From Lingula anatina (taxonomy: Eukaryota; Animalia; Brachiopoda), in NCBI GenBank assembly GCA_051362555.1, contig CM120645.1:496001-560000 (forward strand): a stretch of 64,000 bases of DNA, written 5' to 3'. Under the pieces are notes generated by a model, which was not told the origin of the DNA, did not search any database, and was given only the letters and a program-made list of their open reading frames with translations. This document shows, one piece after another, positions 29,001 to 40,009 of the stretch. Within the stretch, counting starts at the first letter, position 1, and the number at the start of each line of letters is the position of its first letter. Made by a program: the position numbers and the translations under genes.

Positions 29001-32000
29001 CCTCCCTTTTATCTCCAAAACTGGCAGAGATAGGTCCATAGTTTCTATTGAACTTGAATAGGAAGTCATATACTGGCAATCTAAATGTGACCTTAAAATT
29101 GACCTTTGACCTACTTTTCACCATGAACTGAACTCTGCTAATTTCTTTCTCTTTTAACTCCAAACCTGGCAGAGATAGCTCCATAGTTACTATTGAAGTT
29201 GAATAGGAAGTCATATACTGGCAATCTAAATGTGACCTTAAAATTGACCTTTGACCTACTTTTCACCATGAACTGAACTTTGCAAATTTTGCCTCCCTTT
29301 TATCTCCAAAACTGGCAGAGATAGGTCCATAGTTTCTATTGAACTTGAATATGAAGTCATATACTGGCAAGCTAAATGTGACCTTAAAATTGACCTTTGA
29401 CCTACTTTTCACCATGAACTGAACTTTGGAAATTTTGCTTCTCTTTTATCTCCAAAACTGGCAGAGATAGGTCCATAGTTACTATTGAAGTTGAATAGGA
29501 AGTCATATACTGGCAATCTAAATGTGACCTTAAAATTGACCTTTGACCTACTTTTCACCATGAACTGAACTCTGCTAATTTCTTTCTCTTTTAACTCCAA
29601 ACCTGGCAGAGATAGGTCCATAGTTACTATTGAAGTTGAATAGGAAGTCATATACTGGCAATCTAAATGTGACCTTGAAATTGACCTTTGACCTACCATA
29701 CGATGAACTTAACTTTGATTGTACTATTGAAGTTGAATAGGAAGTCATATACTGGCAATCTTACTGTGACCTTGAAATTGACCTTTGACCTACTTTTCAC
29801 CATAAATTGAACTTTGCAAATTTTGCTTCCCTTTTATCTCCAAAACTGGCAGAGATAGGTCCATAGTTACTATTGAAGTTGAATTAGAAGTCATATACTA
29901 AATGTGACCTTGAAATTGACCTTTGACCTACTTTTCATCATGAACTGAACTTTGCAAATTTTGCTTCCCTTTTATCTCCAAAGTTACGCTGTATCAAAAA
30001 GTACATTTTGGTGGTTAAAGCAAAATGTGCAGTACGGTAATGGATAATAAATTTTGAACTCCGGAAAAATAAAACATAAGGCTTGGCAAAGCAGACAACT
30101 TGTGGTCAAAAATGACATTATTTCATCAAATTTGAACTTCTGGAACTTCAGAGCACCTCCCATTTCAAGAATTTTGACCAAAATGACCTTTTCTTTATTT
30201 TAATTAATTTTTTCTGTAGGAAATTTATGGCACATTAAGGTTACTCCGAAATTATAACATTTCGTCCCTTATATCTCCAAAACTGGAAGAGATAGGTCCA
30301 TAGTTACTATTGAAGTTGAATAGGAAGTCATATACTGGCAATCTTACTGTGACCTTGAAATTGACCTTTGACCTACTTTTCACCATGAATTGAACTTTGC
30401 AAATTTTGCTTCCCTTTTATCTCCAAAACTGGCAGAGATAGGTCCATAGTTACTATTGAAGTTGAATAGGAAGTCATATACTGGCAATCTAAATGTGACC
30501 TTAAAATTGACCTTTGACCTACTTTTCACCATGAACTGAACTTTGCAAATTTTGCCTCCCTTTTATCTCCAAAACTGGCAGAGATAGGTCCATAGTTTCT
30601 ATTGAACTTGAATATGAAGTCATATACTGGCAAGCTAAATGTGACCTTAAAATTGACCTTTGACCTACTTTTCACCATGAACTGAACTTTGGAAATTTTG
30701 CTTCCCTTTTATCTCCAAAACTGGCAGAGATAGGTCCATAGTTACTATTGAAGTTGAATAGGAAGTCATATACTGGCAATCTAAATGTGACCTTAAAATT
30801 GACCTTTGACCTACTTTTCACCATGAACTGAACTTTGCAAATTTTGCCTCCCTTTTATCTCCAAAACTGGCAGAGATAGGTCCATAGTTTCTATTGAACT
30901 TGAATATGAAGTCATATACTGGCAAGCTAAATGTGACCTTAAAATTGACCTTTGACCTACTTTTCACCATGAACTGAACTTTGGAAATTTTGCTTCTCTT
31001 TTATCTCCAAAACTGGCAGAGATAGGTCCATAGTTACTATTGAAGTTGAATAGGAAGTCATATACTGGCAATCTAAATGTGACCTTAAAATTGACCTTTG
31101 ACCTACTTTTCACCATGAACTGAACTCTGCTAATTTCTTTCTCTTTTAACTCCAAACCTGGCAGAGATAGGTCCATAGTTACTATTGAAGTTGAATAGGA
31201 AGTCATATACTGGCAATCTAAATGTGACCTTGAAATTGACCTTTGACCTACCATACGATGAACTTAACTTTGATTGTACTATTGAAGTTGAATAGGAAGT
31301 CATATACTGGCAATCTTACTGTGACCTTGAAATTGACCTTTGACCTACTTTTCACCATAAATTGAACTTTGCAAATTTTGCTTTCCTTTTATCTCCAAAA
31401 CTGGCAGAGATAGGTCCATAGTTACTATTGAAGTTGAATTAGAAGTCATATACTAAATGTGACCTTGAAATTGACCTTTGACCTACTTTTCATCATGAAC
31501 TGAACTTTGCAAATTTTGCTTCCCTTTTATCTCCAAAGTTACGCTGTATCAAAAAGTACATTTTGGTGGTTAAAGCAAAATGTGCAGTACGGTAATGGAT
31601 AATAAATTTTGAACTCCGGAAAAATAAAACATAAGGATTGGCAAAGCAGGCAACCTGTGGTCAAAAATGACATTATTTCATCAAATTTGAACATCTGGAA
31701 CTTCAGAGCACCTCCCATTTCAAGAGTTTTGACCAAAATGACCTTTTCTTTATTTTAATTAATTTTTTCCGTAGGAAATTTATGGCACATTATGGTAACT
31801 CCAAAATTATAACATTTAGTCCCTTATATCTCCAAAACTGGCAGAGATAAGTCCATAGTTACTATTGAAGTTGAATAGGAAGTCATGTACTGGCAATCTT
31901 ACTGTGACCTTGAAATTGACCTTTGACCTACTGTTCACCATGAACTGAACTTTGCAAAATTTGCTTCCATTTTATCTCCAAAGTTACGCTGTATCAAAAA

Positions 32001-35000
32001 ACACATTTTGGTGGTTAAAGCAAAATGTGCAGTACGGTAATGGATAATAAATTTTGAACTCCGGAAAAATAAAACGTAAGGCTTGGCAAAGCAGGCAACT
32101 TGTGGTCAAAAATGACATTATTTCATCAAATTTGAACATCTGGAACTTCAGAGCACCTTCCATTTCAAGAATTTTGACCAAAATGACCTTTTCTTTTTTT
32201 AAATTAATTTTTTCTGTAGGAAATTTATGGCACATTATGGGAACTCCAAAATTATAACATTTAGGCTTCGTTCACATGCAATGTCTATTTTCTAAATTCT
32301 ATTTTCTATTCGCAGGTTGTGATCATGGTCTGTTCCCTGAATATCCCGCGGAGTAATTACTGGCAGCGCGAGCCAGTTACTATAAGTTACTTTAAGTAAC
32401 AGGCTCGCGCTGCCAGTAATTACACGGCGGGATATTCAGGGCATAGACTGTGATCATAAGATAGCGCGAATAGAAAATAGATTTTTAGAAAATAGACATT
32501 CCATGTGAACGAAGCCTTAGTCCCTTATATCTCCAAAACTGGCAGAGATAGGTCCATAGTTACTATTGAAGTTGAATAGGAAGTCATATACTGGCAACCT
32601 TACTGTGACCTTGAAATTGACCTTTGACCTACTTTTCACCATGAACTGAACTTTGGAAATTTTGCTTCCCTTTTATCTCCAAAACTGGCAGAGATAGGTC
32701 CATAGTTACTATTGAAGTTGAATAGGAAGTCATATACTGGCAATCTAAATGTGACTCTAAAATTGACCTTTGACCTACTTTTCACCATGAACTGAACTTT
32801 GCAAATTTTGCTTCCCTTTTATCTTCAAAGTTACGCTGTATCAAAAAGTACATATTGGTGGTTAAAGCAAAATGTGCAGTACAGTAATGGATAATAAATT
32901 TTGAACTCCGGAATAAGGCTTGGCAAAGCAGACAACTTGTGGTCAAAAATGACATTATTTCATCAAATTAGAACATCTGGAACTTCAGAGCACCTCCCAT
33001 TTCAAGAATTTTGACCAAAATGACCTTTTCTTTATTTTAATTAATTATTTCTGTAGGAAATTTATGGCACATTATGGTAACTCCAAAATTATAACATTTA
33101 GTCTCTCATATCTCCAAAACTGGCAGAGATAGGTCCATAGTTACTTTTGAACTTGAATAGGAAGTCATATACTAGCAATCTAAGTGTGACCTTGAAATTG
33201 ACCTTTGACCTACTTATAATCATGAACTGAACTCTGCTAATTTCTTTCTCTTTTAACTCCAAACCTGGCAGAGATAGGTCCATAGTTACTATTGAAGTTG
33301 AATAGGAAGTCAGATACTGGCAATTTACTGTGACCTTGAAATTGACCTTTGACCTACCATACGATGAACTTAACTTTGATTGTACCATTTTAAGTTATAT
33401 ATATTTTTTGCGTATTTTGAAAATTCTTGTTGATTGCATTTTTATAGCTTGTCAAGCATAAGACTGGTGGCTGTGTCCCTTATTTTGTGTATGTGGGGGT
33501 CTATACAAATGCGCTTGCTCCAGCTGGTGGTACAATATTCGGAGGCGGTATCGCCTCTCTGATCCTCTAGTTTAAACCAGATCTATCTGGTATGTTATCT
33601 GCCTCAATAAAAATTGTACAATCCTTAGGGTTAAAAACTTTTTGTGAGGTATATTCTGGGGCGAGCTGAAGTTTCAGATTAATGCCAATCTGAAGTTATA
33701 CATAAAACTAAGTTAAATTAACATCATGTCATTCTGTGAAGTTATAACATATTATTTTTCTCCTTTACACAGAGCACAGTATCAACAGTTTATCTCTGCC
33801 AAGCAGTGCGTCAGACAGTAGCTCTCCCAGCACACGGAGCACCAGCAGCACTGGACTGAACTCTCTGCAAACCTTTAACCCTCATCCTAATAAACTAGCC
33901 AATCACAATGGGGTCCGAGACAGGTCACCAAGCCCAGTGGCCATGATTCATCAGCCACCGCAGTGGTTTAACGCCAGCTCCCTGCCTCACACCAGATCAA
34001 CAGCAGATAGTTATCACTGCTCCAAGTCACCCACAGACAATCCAGGTATTTTTATCATTTGAATGACATTTTCTAAGCCATTACAATTGTTTATTGTCTT
34101 TGTTTATAGACGAATAACATTTTTCAAAATGTAGCAGTAAAGTTACTAGTTGAGATTAATAGAACACAGATAGGTCTGATTTAAAGAAAATAGTTTGCTC
34201 TCACTGGAAAAGCACCCTGTATTTTAATTATTTTAATTTTTATTTTGTAATTTGGAATTATATTGAATTAAACCTTGCCTCCTTGCCACAGTACTCATGT
34301 GTCCCTGGACATAATTCTCACACCACATCTTTATATTTGTGTTCAATTTCAGAGTCCCCTGCCCCCCACACTGCCTCCTTGCCACAGTACTCATGTGTCC
34401 CTGGACATAATTCTCACACCACATCTCACACATTGCCAATACCATATGAAGGTAATGCATTTATTTATTTGTTTATAATTTTAAAAATGCTCTGTTAACA
34501 TTATGATTATGTGAGGTCGTCATTATTTCGTAACTTAACTGTTGACTTTGGTAGTATTTAGACAGATTTTTTTATACCTATGATGCTTGAATTGATAAAA
34601 GTTTAGTATTTATGTAAATAATGTGAATTGTTCCAGATCTGTATCCAGACTCTGAGGTTCATCCCAATCATCACTCATCCAGTGCCAGTTCTCCAAAGTC
34701 ACCAAGTCACCATACCAGTAGTAATAGTAGTAGTCATCCTCAGCTCAGCCATCTCAGCTCACATCATAATATAGACTCTGGGGACATCCCCAGTGAAAAC
34801 AATCACAATCACAGACACTTTGATAGTGCTGAACGCCGCCATCGCGGAAGACAAGCGCCTCCTATAGGGGGCAGGTCACAACACAGACAACATGGCGGAA
34901 GGACTTTAAGTTCTCCATCTCAACAACACCATAGACACTTATATGTGAATCCAATGGATGAAACGTTAGAAACAGCAGGGAGCATTCCAGAGGTCGGTTT

Positions 35001-35064
35001 GAAATCACCTTCTTCAAAACAAAAGGTGGCGCTGCCTCACAGGACAGGAGATGACAGAGTTTAG
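101..35064 (+). CDS. LRIG: LRIG-family (leucine-rich repeats and Ig-like domains) gene, 5'-partial, 19 coding exons in window, about 1135 aa
   Basis: Hand-spliced AG/GT-bounded exons give one open frame: 101-172, 8714-8785, 11331-11402, 15253-15390, 16697-16840, 18950-19093, 19669-19740, 22055-22126, 22346-22492, 22743-22964 (LRRs); 23844-24007 (LRRCT); 24256-24392, 24596-24773, 26086-26367, 26625-27071 (3 Ig + TM); 27409-27654, 33773-34045, 34353-34451, 34637-35064 (tail, TAG). LRIG signatures: [60 protein letters not shown]. Confidence 0.93.
8714..8785 (+). CDS. LRIG: LRIG LRR exon ([24 protein letters not shown])
   Basis: poly-T-cag acceptor, gtaagt donor, 72 bp. Confidence 0.88.
11131..11168. 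repeat. (GA)n microsatellite
   Basis: Direct reading. Confidence 0.9.
11331..11402 (+). CDS. LRIG: LRIG LRR exon ([24 protein letters not shown])
   Basis: ttttcag acceptor, gtaagt donor, 72 bp. Confidence 0.85.
11499..11678. mobile_element. Fold-back MITE, probably PIF/Harbinger-type
   Basis: Imperfect long inverted arms (atcaaatatggccgacccactt / aagtgggtcgccatatttgat; ggccgcatt / aatacagcc), preceded by TAA. Confidence 0.6.
12383..12436. repeat. (TG)n(AG)n compound microsatellite
   Basis: Direct reading. Confidence 0.9.
13687..13751. repeat. (TG)n microsatellite
   Basis: Direct reading. Confidence 0.9.
15253..15390 (+). CDS. LRIG: LRIG LRR exon ([29 protein letters not shown]...)
   Basis: tttcag acceptor, gtgagt donor, 138 bp, LRR consensus. 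Confidence 0.9.
16697..16840 (+). CDS. LRIG: LRIG LRR exon ([31 protein letters not shown]...)
   Basis: ctccag acceptor, gtaagt donor, 144 bp, two LRRs. Confidence 0.9.
17073..17249. mobile_element. Degenerate MITE with terminal inverted repeats (Kolobok-like ends)
   Basis: aaaagaggtattgtaatagag is the near reverse complement of ctctaaacaatacccctttt; right end runs into TTAA. Confidence 0.45.
18487..18541. repeat. (CA)n microsatellite
   Basis: Direct reading. Confidence 0.9.
18950..19093 (+). CDS. LRIG: LRIG LRR exon ([21 protein letters not shown]...DGAFYGL)
   Basis: ttctag acceptor, gtaagt donor, 144 bp. Confidence 0.9.
19669..19740 (+). CDS. LRIG: LRIG LRR exon ([24 protein letters not shown])
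   Basis: tttcag acceptor, gtaagt donor, 72 bp; WLYGL motif typical of LRIG. Confidence 0.9.
19787..19954. mobile_element. Tc1/mariner-type MITE
   Basis: TA-cactgagcaaaaatat ... atatttttgctcagta-TA: terminal inverted repeats with TA flanks. Confidence 0.65.
21647..21868. mobile_element. PIF/Harbinger-type MITE
   Basis: TTA flanks both sides; cattccca...gatttagatc mirrored by gatctaaaatctatgggaatg. Confidence 0.6.
22055..22126 (+). CDS. LRIG: LRIG LRR exon ([24 protein letters not shown])
   Basis: ttccag acceptor, gtaagt donor, 72 bp. Confidence 0.9.
22346..22492 (+). CDS. LRIG: LRIG LRR exon ([16 protein letters not shown]...[12 protein letters not shown])
   Basis: ttgcag acceptor, gtaagt donor, 147 bp. 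Confidence 0.9.
22743..22964 (+). CDS. LRIG: LRIG LRR exon ([20 protein letters not shown]...)
   Basis: tttcag acceptor, gtaagt donor, 222 bp; overlaps ORF 22747..22968. Confidence 0.92.
23004..23066. repeat. (GA)n microsatellite
   Basis: Direct reading. Confidence 0.9.
23844..24007 (+). CDS. LRIG: LRIG LRRCT exon ([14 protein letters not shown]...CGHP...FTC)
   Basis: CxC/W LRR C-terminal cap motif; tttcag acceptor, gtgagt donor. Confidence 0.92.
24256..24392 (+). CDS. LRIG: LRIG Ig1 exon, first half
   Basis: DFPKP...[19 protein letters not shown]; ttttag acceptor, gtgagt donor. Confidence 0.9.
24596..24773 (+). CDS. LRIG: LRIG Ig1 exon, second half
   Basis: [15 protein letters not shown] motif; tttcag acceptor, gtaggt donor. 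Confidence 0.9.
26086..26367 (+). CDS. LRIG: LRIG Ig2 exon
   Basis: [33 protein letters not shown]...DQGLYSC. Confidence 0.93.
26625..27071 (+). CDS. LRIG: LRIG Ig3 + transmembrane exon
   Basis: [18 protein letters not shown]...DAGRYTC, then hydrophobic [23 protein letters not shown] and basic RKR stop-transfer. Confidence 0.93.
27409..27654 (+). CDS. LRIG: LRIG cytoplasmic exon
   Basis: ctacag acceptor, gtttgt donor, in frame ([12 protein letters not shown]...), conserved in the duplicate while flanking introns diverge. Confidence 0.88.
28429..33385. repeat. Satellite array: 146-bp monomers interleaved with a ~290-bp spacer; higher-order period 1554-1555 bp
   Basis: ctccaaa anchor recurs at 28721, 28867, 29013, 29158, 29304; spacer gttacgctgtatcaaaaa starts at 28429, 29983, 31538, 31983, 32830. 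Confidence 0.92.
32264..32516. mobile_element. 253-bp palindromic PIF/Harbinger (Tourist-like) MITE nested in the satellite
   Basis: TIR GGCTTCGTTCACATG/CATGTGAACGAAGCC, TTA target duplication (32261-32263, 32517-32519); sister repeats show the empty site aacatttagtccc. Confidence 0.88.
33773..34045 (+). CDS. LRIG: LRIG cytoplasmic Ser/Pro-rich exon
   Basis: acacag acceptor, gtattt donor, 273 bp open frame, conserved in duplicate. Confidence 0.82.
34276..34426 (+). repeat. 55-bp direct duplication of exon sequence into the upstream intron (34276-34330 = 34372-34426)
   Basis: tgcctccttgccacagtactcatgtgtccctggacataattctcacaccacatct occurs twice; also in unit 2. Confidence 0.85.
34353..34451 (+). 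CDS. LRIG: LRIG 99-bp cytoplasmic exon (possibly alternative)
   Basis: tttcag acceptor, gtaatg donor, phase 1-1, open frame [33 protein letters not shown]. Confidence 0.7.
34637..35064 (+). CDS. LRIG: LRIG terminal coding exon (His/Ser-rich, ends ...RTGDDRV*)
   Basis: ttccag acceptor, open frame to TAG at 35062-35064. Confidence 0.82.
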
Positions 35065-37720
35065 CAAACAGAGTTGTGTATGTTAAGTTCTGGAGAGGAA
35101 TGCACAGTGGAAAGATGACTGGATTTATTCTTTTGAGAAATAAGTTCACAATGTGATCACAGCTATGGCAGCCATGCTGCTTAACTGTTCACTTAACATT
35201 ATGCAAATCAAGAAACCCATTTCTTTGCCAAATCTCACAATTGTATAGTTATTATTATATCTTACTACTTATTAAAGTGAATTGGTTGTTTTTCTCTTTT
35301 TTTTTACCCATACAAAGTAAGGGTAAGTGGTATTACTGTAGTGCATTTCTGTTTCATGTGTTCTTTCTTCACACTTTGTGTGTGTAAGTGTATAGTGATG
35401 AATTAACTTGACAAGGTTATGTAAATATTGTACAGGTATTCCTTGTATATTATGTACAGTGTATGAATCATGCAATATAATTTTTTGTTGGTGGGAGCTA
35501 AATTTGATCTTCTAAAAGATACTATATAAGGATGTATGGTGGATGTGGCATTTCTATGAAGTAGGTCAAAAATTACCTTAGTTGTATTGTTTCATATCAT
35601 GATATGTTGCATCACAAAATCCTAAGACACCAATATTTTGATTTGGCTTTGGGGGATAAAAGTTGGCATTGTTTAGCCAATTGTATAGCATAATACTTTA
35701 TCTGGTACAACTTGTTGAATACTTGTTATTTATGTTATGACCAAGGTTACAAGATCTAGACATTTCTTTAATTTCCCTATTAATCACTACAATCTATGAT
35801 GTAATAGATTTGTCTACCATCTAATGTGTGCGTGCGTGTTTGTGTGTGTGCGTGTGTTTGTATGGCACATGATTGCTCATATTAAACCAGTCAAACCAAA
35901 GTATTGCTCAAAGATTCAAGAATCCATAACTTCCTAAAGTTGATGCAGTTTTTCTTGTTTCGTAGAAAGCAAATTTATAGCTGGGATGTCTCGAACTGAA
36001 AATAGTTATATGGGAAACACTAATCCTCAGAGAATCTAATCTCATGACATGAGAAGTGTTTCACTTCTTATCTCTTAATATACCACATCCTGCAAAGTGG
36101 AGAAGTTAATTGGGAAGTAATTTTTTTTTTGGAAACGGACCTAGTCATATTTGACATAAACTGCACTGACATTTGATTGAGTTTTTGAGCCATCTCTTGT
36201 TCCCAATATTTGTATCCTAATTAAGAAACAGTTCACAAACCAAGATCAGAGCTACCTCAGCCATTGTAGAACAAATAAAAAAGTGAATTTGAGAAATAGA
36301 TCATGTATCGTGATTTTTTTTTTAATTTGGGGGCCTCTTGATGCAACTTTTGGTGTTTAACTGACATATTTTCTAAAATCTGCACATTTTCATAGATCAG
36401 TATTATTACCAGGCTTTATTTATTAGGGTATGTTGCCATGGATACTATGAAAACACTGGTTGTCATGGATACATGGTAAACAGCACAGTCAAACTGTCCC
36501 TGTACCAGAGGTAGTGGTATCATGTTGTTCCCAAGTTGTAGTATGAAACAAATATCTCTGTTTGTAGTGGATGAATTCTTTGTTATACAATACATAGCAC
36601 AGATGGAGTGGACTAGATGTATGTACTGGGAAATATAGAAGTAGAAGGAAATTATGTCAAGTTTAGGATTCATAAATTTATGAGGAAGTCTAATGCCATC
36701 TACCATGTGTTAAAAATTGATCTTGAAATATAAAGAATGTTAGATTTATGTCAGCATGTCTTGTATACATTTTGGCCAGTTGAATGAAAGTCTCAAATAA
36801 TAACATTTGATAAGTTCACTTAGGAGCAGAAACATTTTGTAAACATATTTGGTAGATAACATTTTTGGTTTTAAAATGTACATTATTTAAAGAGCACGTC
36901 AGCTTAATTTTAGGGCTGATTTTCCTCTAGATTTTGTTTGGCGGTGGTCATTAACCATCATCTATCAATGTTGTCTGTCCTAAGGTGAGATAGATCTGGT
37001 TACTGGTCATAAAGTCAAGGCATGCAGCACCCAGGTTCCTCTTTCTTGCAGCTCCATTCAGGTGCTAAAAACCCTTTGATAGTTGCTCAAATGCCGATAT
37101 CAAGTCTTGCCATGAGGGGTTTGAACTGCAAGAATTGGTCACAACTATATATACAGGTTATATAGAGCTGGCTTTGTTTGTTCTAGAAAATGGATCAAGT
37201 GAAGTAGTATTGGTTAGATTTTAGGAAAGTGTGTAAAAAAAGTCCACTCCATCTGCTGTGTGAAGGTTTGGATTATGCTGTGCTAAGATGTTAACTTGTC
37301 TGTCCTTGAAATTATTTTGTAAAAAAACTAATTTTTGAAGCCTGTTTGGTTATTTATTTATTTATTTATTTTGAATTCCCAAACAAAAGACAGTTTAGAT
37401 GTCTTAAATGCTTTTATTTCCATAAGACTAGGTAAGTTAATGTACATGATGTCTATGGATAAGACGCAATTAATATACATTTTATCATTATTTACCCAAA
37501 GTCATAAGTAGACTGGGATTTTTATACATCATATTTGATCAACATGTATTCAGAATGGTGACAACTTAGCAAGAGCATGTCTACAGTTTTCTGTTCATCA
37601 CTTTTGTTACTGGTCCACGTGTCCACTTGGTTGGTATTTATTTGAAGTCACGGATACCACTTGACCAGTGTTCTCCCCACAGGATTTGTACAGCAAGAAA
37701 ATAAAGGATTTAATAAATAA
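35065..37720 (+). other. Probable long LRIG 3' UTR ending near AATAAA signals at 37700 and 37712
   Basis: Near-identity with the duplicate copy holds to about 37750 and drops just after two AATAAA hexamers and a T-rich tract. Confidence 0.45.
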
Positions 37721-38869
37721 TTTAAACTATACAAACTGACTTGAGTTTTTTTTTTTTTTATTTTTTTTTTCGTGGTAAATTCCATGCATGTTCCAGTTTT
37801 CTTAAAGTAAAAATTTACTTGAAGGGCTCATTCCCAATGAAACTACCAGTCCATGTTGTTCAAACAACTTGTTGGGGACTGTCACTGAATGAAATCAATT
37901 TAACAGATTAACATGTCTCCTTATTATGCTGTTAACAATGCAAAGACACCATAAAGAATGCTTCCAGTCAGGGCGTAATTAACACGGCGTCTGGGATTTT
38001 TATGTATAGGACTAGATTTGGTTGGGGCCTTTGACATATAAGATCAAAACTGAATGATGCTCTGCTGTCACCTTGATAGGTAAGAAAACGGTTGTCATAA
38101 ATTGCAACATGATTTAAAAGTTGGGTGCATAAACTTTTAAAACCACATAAAACAATCTTAGAGTGCATACTGTTCTATCATAAAAAAATATCATTAAAAT
38201 TTGTAAAAGTATTCACAACGTATGTCGTTAAATCCCCATAGAGTCAGTCGGGTCAAGTTGCTGCTCATGACGTCACACACTACCCCCGCCTGCTGTAAAA
38301 AAAATAAAACAGAGGGGTAAGGTAACAGACTTGTTATTTATTAATTTAAAAAGGATAAAAACCGATATTCGGTTAAGACCAGTTTAACAGTATTTTTGAT
38401 ACACGGTACCCAGACAGTACTTTATAATTACTTTTTATGAAGTGTCAACCACCTTGGAAAGTCACATCCGCATACTGTAAATATATTTTTAATTCTGATC
38501 GTAAAAAAAAATAGTCATGCCCACTTTTGTATAGTTCCTGTTCCTCCATGTGTTGTTGATCTATTGAATAACATACAAAAACAATTGAGACTTTACAAAG
38601 CACATCAACGCTTATTGGTTTATTAAGAATTTTATTTTTAAAAACTTATCAATTGATGAATATCATGTTTTCTGATGCCGCCTGAAATGAAGTGAGTGCG
38701 GAGTAATACAAATCTGCCTAGAGACGATAAACATTGATGCAACACTCAACGTTTAGCAATAATTAAATAGAGAAAAGCAGAAAATATATTAACAGTTAAC
38801 TAGAGAGCTGTTACAGACTGTTATTTACTTCAGTTACGGCACCGAGTCCACACAGAAAGCACCTGTACG

Positions 38870-39160
38870 TCTTAGAACTGAAAGAGAAGGTACTGCCACT
38901 GACATAATAACAGTGAGTACTACAGGCTAGTGAAAGTTGAAACTGAAAGTACCTGTTTATTTTATAATGTTTCTTTTGAACTCTCACAACACTTTTAAAT
39001 CTTAGTACAAGCTTCTGAAACAAGCAGGTACCGCGTCGCGGGTTCTGGGATAGTGGAAATGGACTCATGATATTGATTTAGCAAAGAGAATTTGAGAATT
39101 TCACTTCCTTGTTGCCGCCATTTTTAAGGTGACGGTATTGTTACGTAAACAAGCATGTCA
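38870..39160 (+). promoter_or_regulatory. Putative promoter of Roco copy 1 with ISRE-like, ETS and YY1 motifs
   Basis: GAAAGTTGAAACTGAAAGT 38932-38950; CACTTCC; GCCGCCATTTT from 39114; local CpG cluster; CRE TGACGTCA upstream at 38268-38275; conserved in unit 2. Confidence 0.5.
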
Positions 39161-39824
39161 ATAAGCACCCACACAGCGGAGTTATTTTCAGCTTATCATT
39201 TTGATAAGTGTACCTTCTCCAAGTGTAAGGAGTTCATCTTGTTGAGAGATTGTCTTAGACACTGCCCCATATGGTGGTCTACCTGCACGTGTGTGTTGGG
39301 GGGGGCGGGGGGGGGGGGGCGTCCAATTTATTTAAAAAAAATCTCAATGCTGTAACTTTCAGGTGTAGATATGAATTTATATAAGAATGTTTTTGTTAAG
39401 TTTCTAAGAGTTGTATTTTTTCCCAAAGAAGCATAAAAAATCTCAATTAAAAAATTCATTAGTCTGTATGATACATATTTCATCTGAGGCAATACTTTGT
39501 TACTGACTGACTGATCTGATAAAAACATTTTTATTTATGTTTAGGTAGATAATTAAAAAATTATTCAGGCATGGATAGGTTTACACGTAAAATAACATTC
39601 TTATAACTGACAAATCTTTTTTTTTGTTGTTGTTGTTGTTGTTTAATTGGTTGCCTTTTATATTTGGGTGGTCATTGCAAAAATTGGCACAGTGGATCTA
39701 GGATATCTGAAATGACTTTTTTTTCTGTTTAGTGTCTTTTCAACACCTAAAGAGTTGAACCTCTCCTATAGAAAGCATTTCCTGTGGGCTCCTATAAAAT
39801 TTCCATTTACAAATACATGTATAG

Positions 39825-40009
39825 CAGGCCTGTAGCCAGCAATTTCAGAGGGGGGGGGGGGGGGGGGGGTGTTCATTTTCTGAAAAAGTGGACCTTTACC
39901 ATAAAATCCTCAAGTAAATAGATCAAATTTTACCTAGAGTGGACCTTTTCCCAGCAAAAAGGGTGGTTCTTTTGAACCCCCCGAACCCCCCTGGCTATAT
40001 ATGGGCCTG
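39825..40009. mobile_element. Small non-autonomous TIR element (hAT-like CAGG ends)
   Basis: caggcctgtagccag ... ctggcta(tata)tgggcctg imperfect TIRs, G-run interior; shared with unit 2, so older than the duplication. Confidence 0.55.

Larger units (their letters stand above)
27730..33571 (+). mobile_element. Non-autonomous Helentron/Helitron2 (DINE-1/HINE-like) element carrying a satellite array
   Basis: 5' TTGTACCACCAGC (27730-27742) with adjacent inverted copy (27749-27760) and a GTCC-like tract; exact reverse complement GCTGGTGGTACAA at 33523-33535; GAGGCG-gtat-CGCCTC hairpin; CTAG end in a T run; no TSD; absent from the paralogous intron (empty site at about 46232). Confidence 0.82.

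Noticed and set aside
28429-33385. Regular repeats resembling a CRISPR array, and recurring ORFs on the minus strand
   Set aside because: Monomers are 146 bp with no unique spacers, no cas genes, eukaryotic context; the ORFs recur only because the satellite does.
36416-36706. 96-aa minus-strand ORF identical in both units (also 53499-53789)
   Set aside because: Identity reflects the near-identical duplicated 3' UTR; no domain signal.
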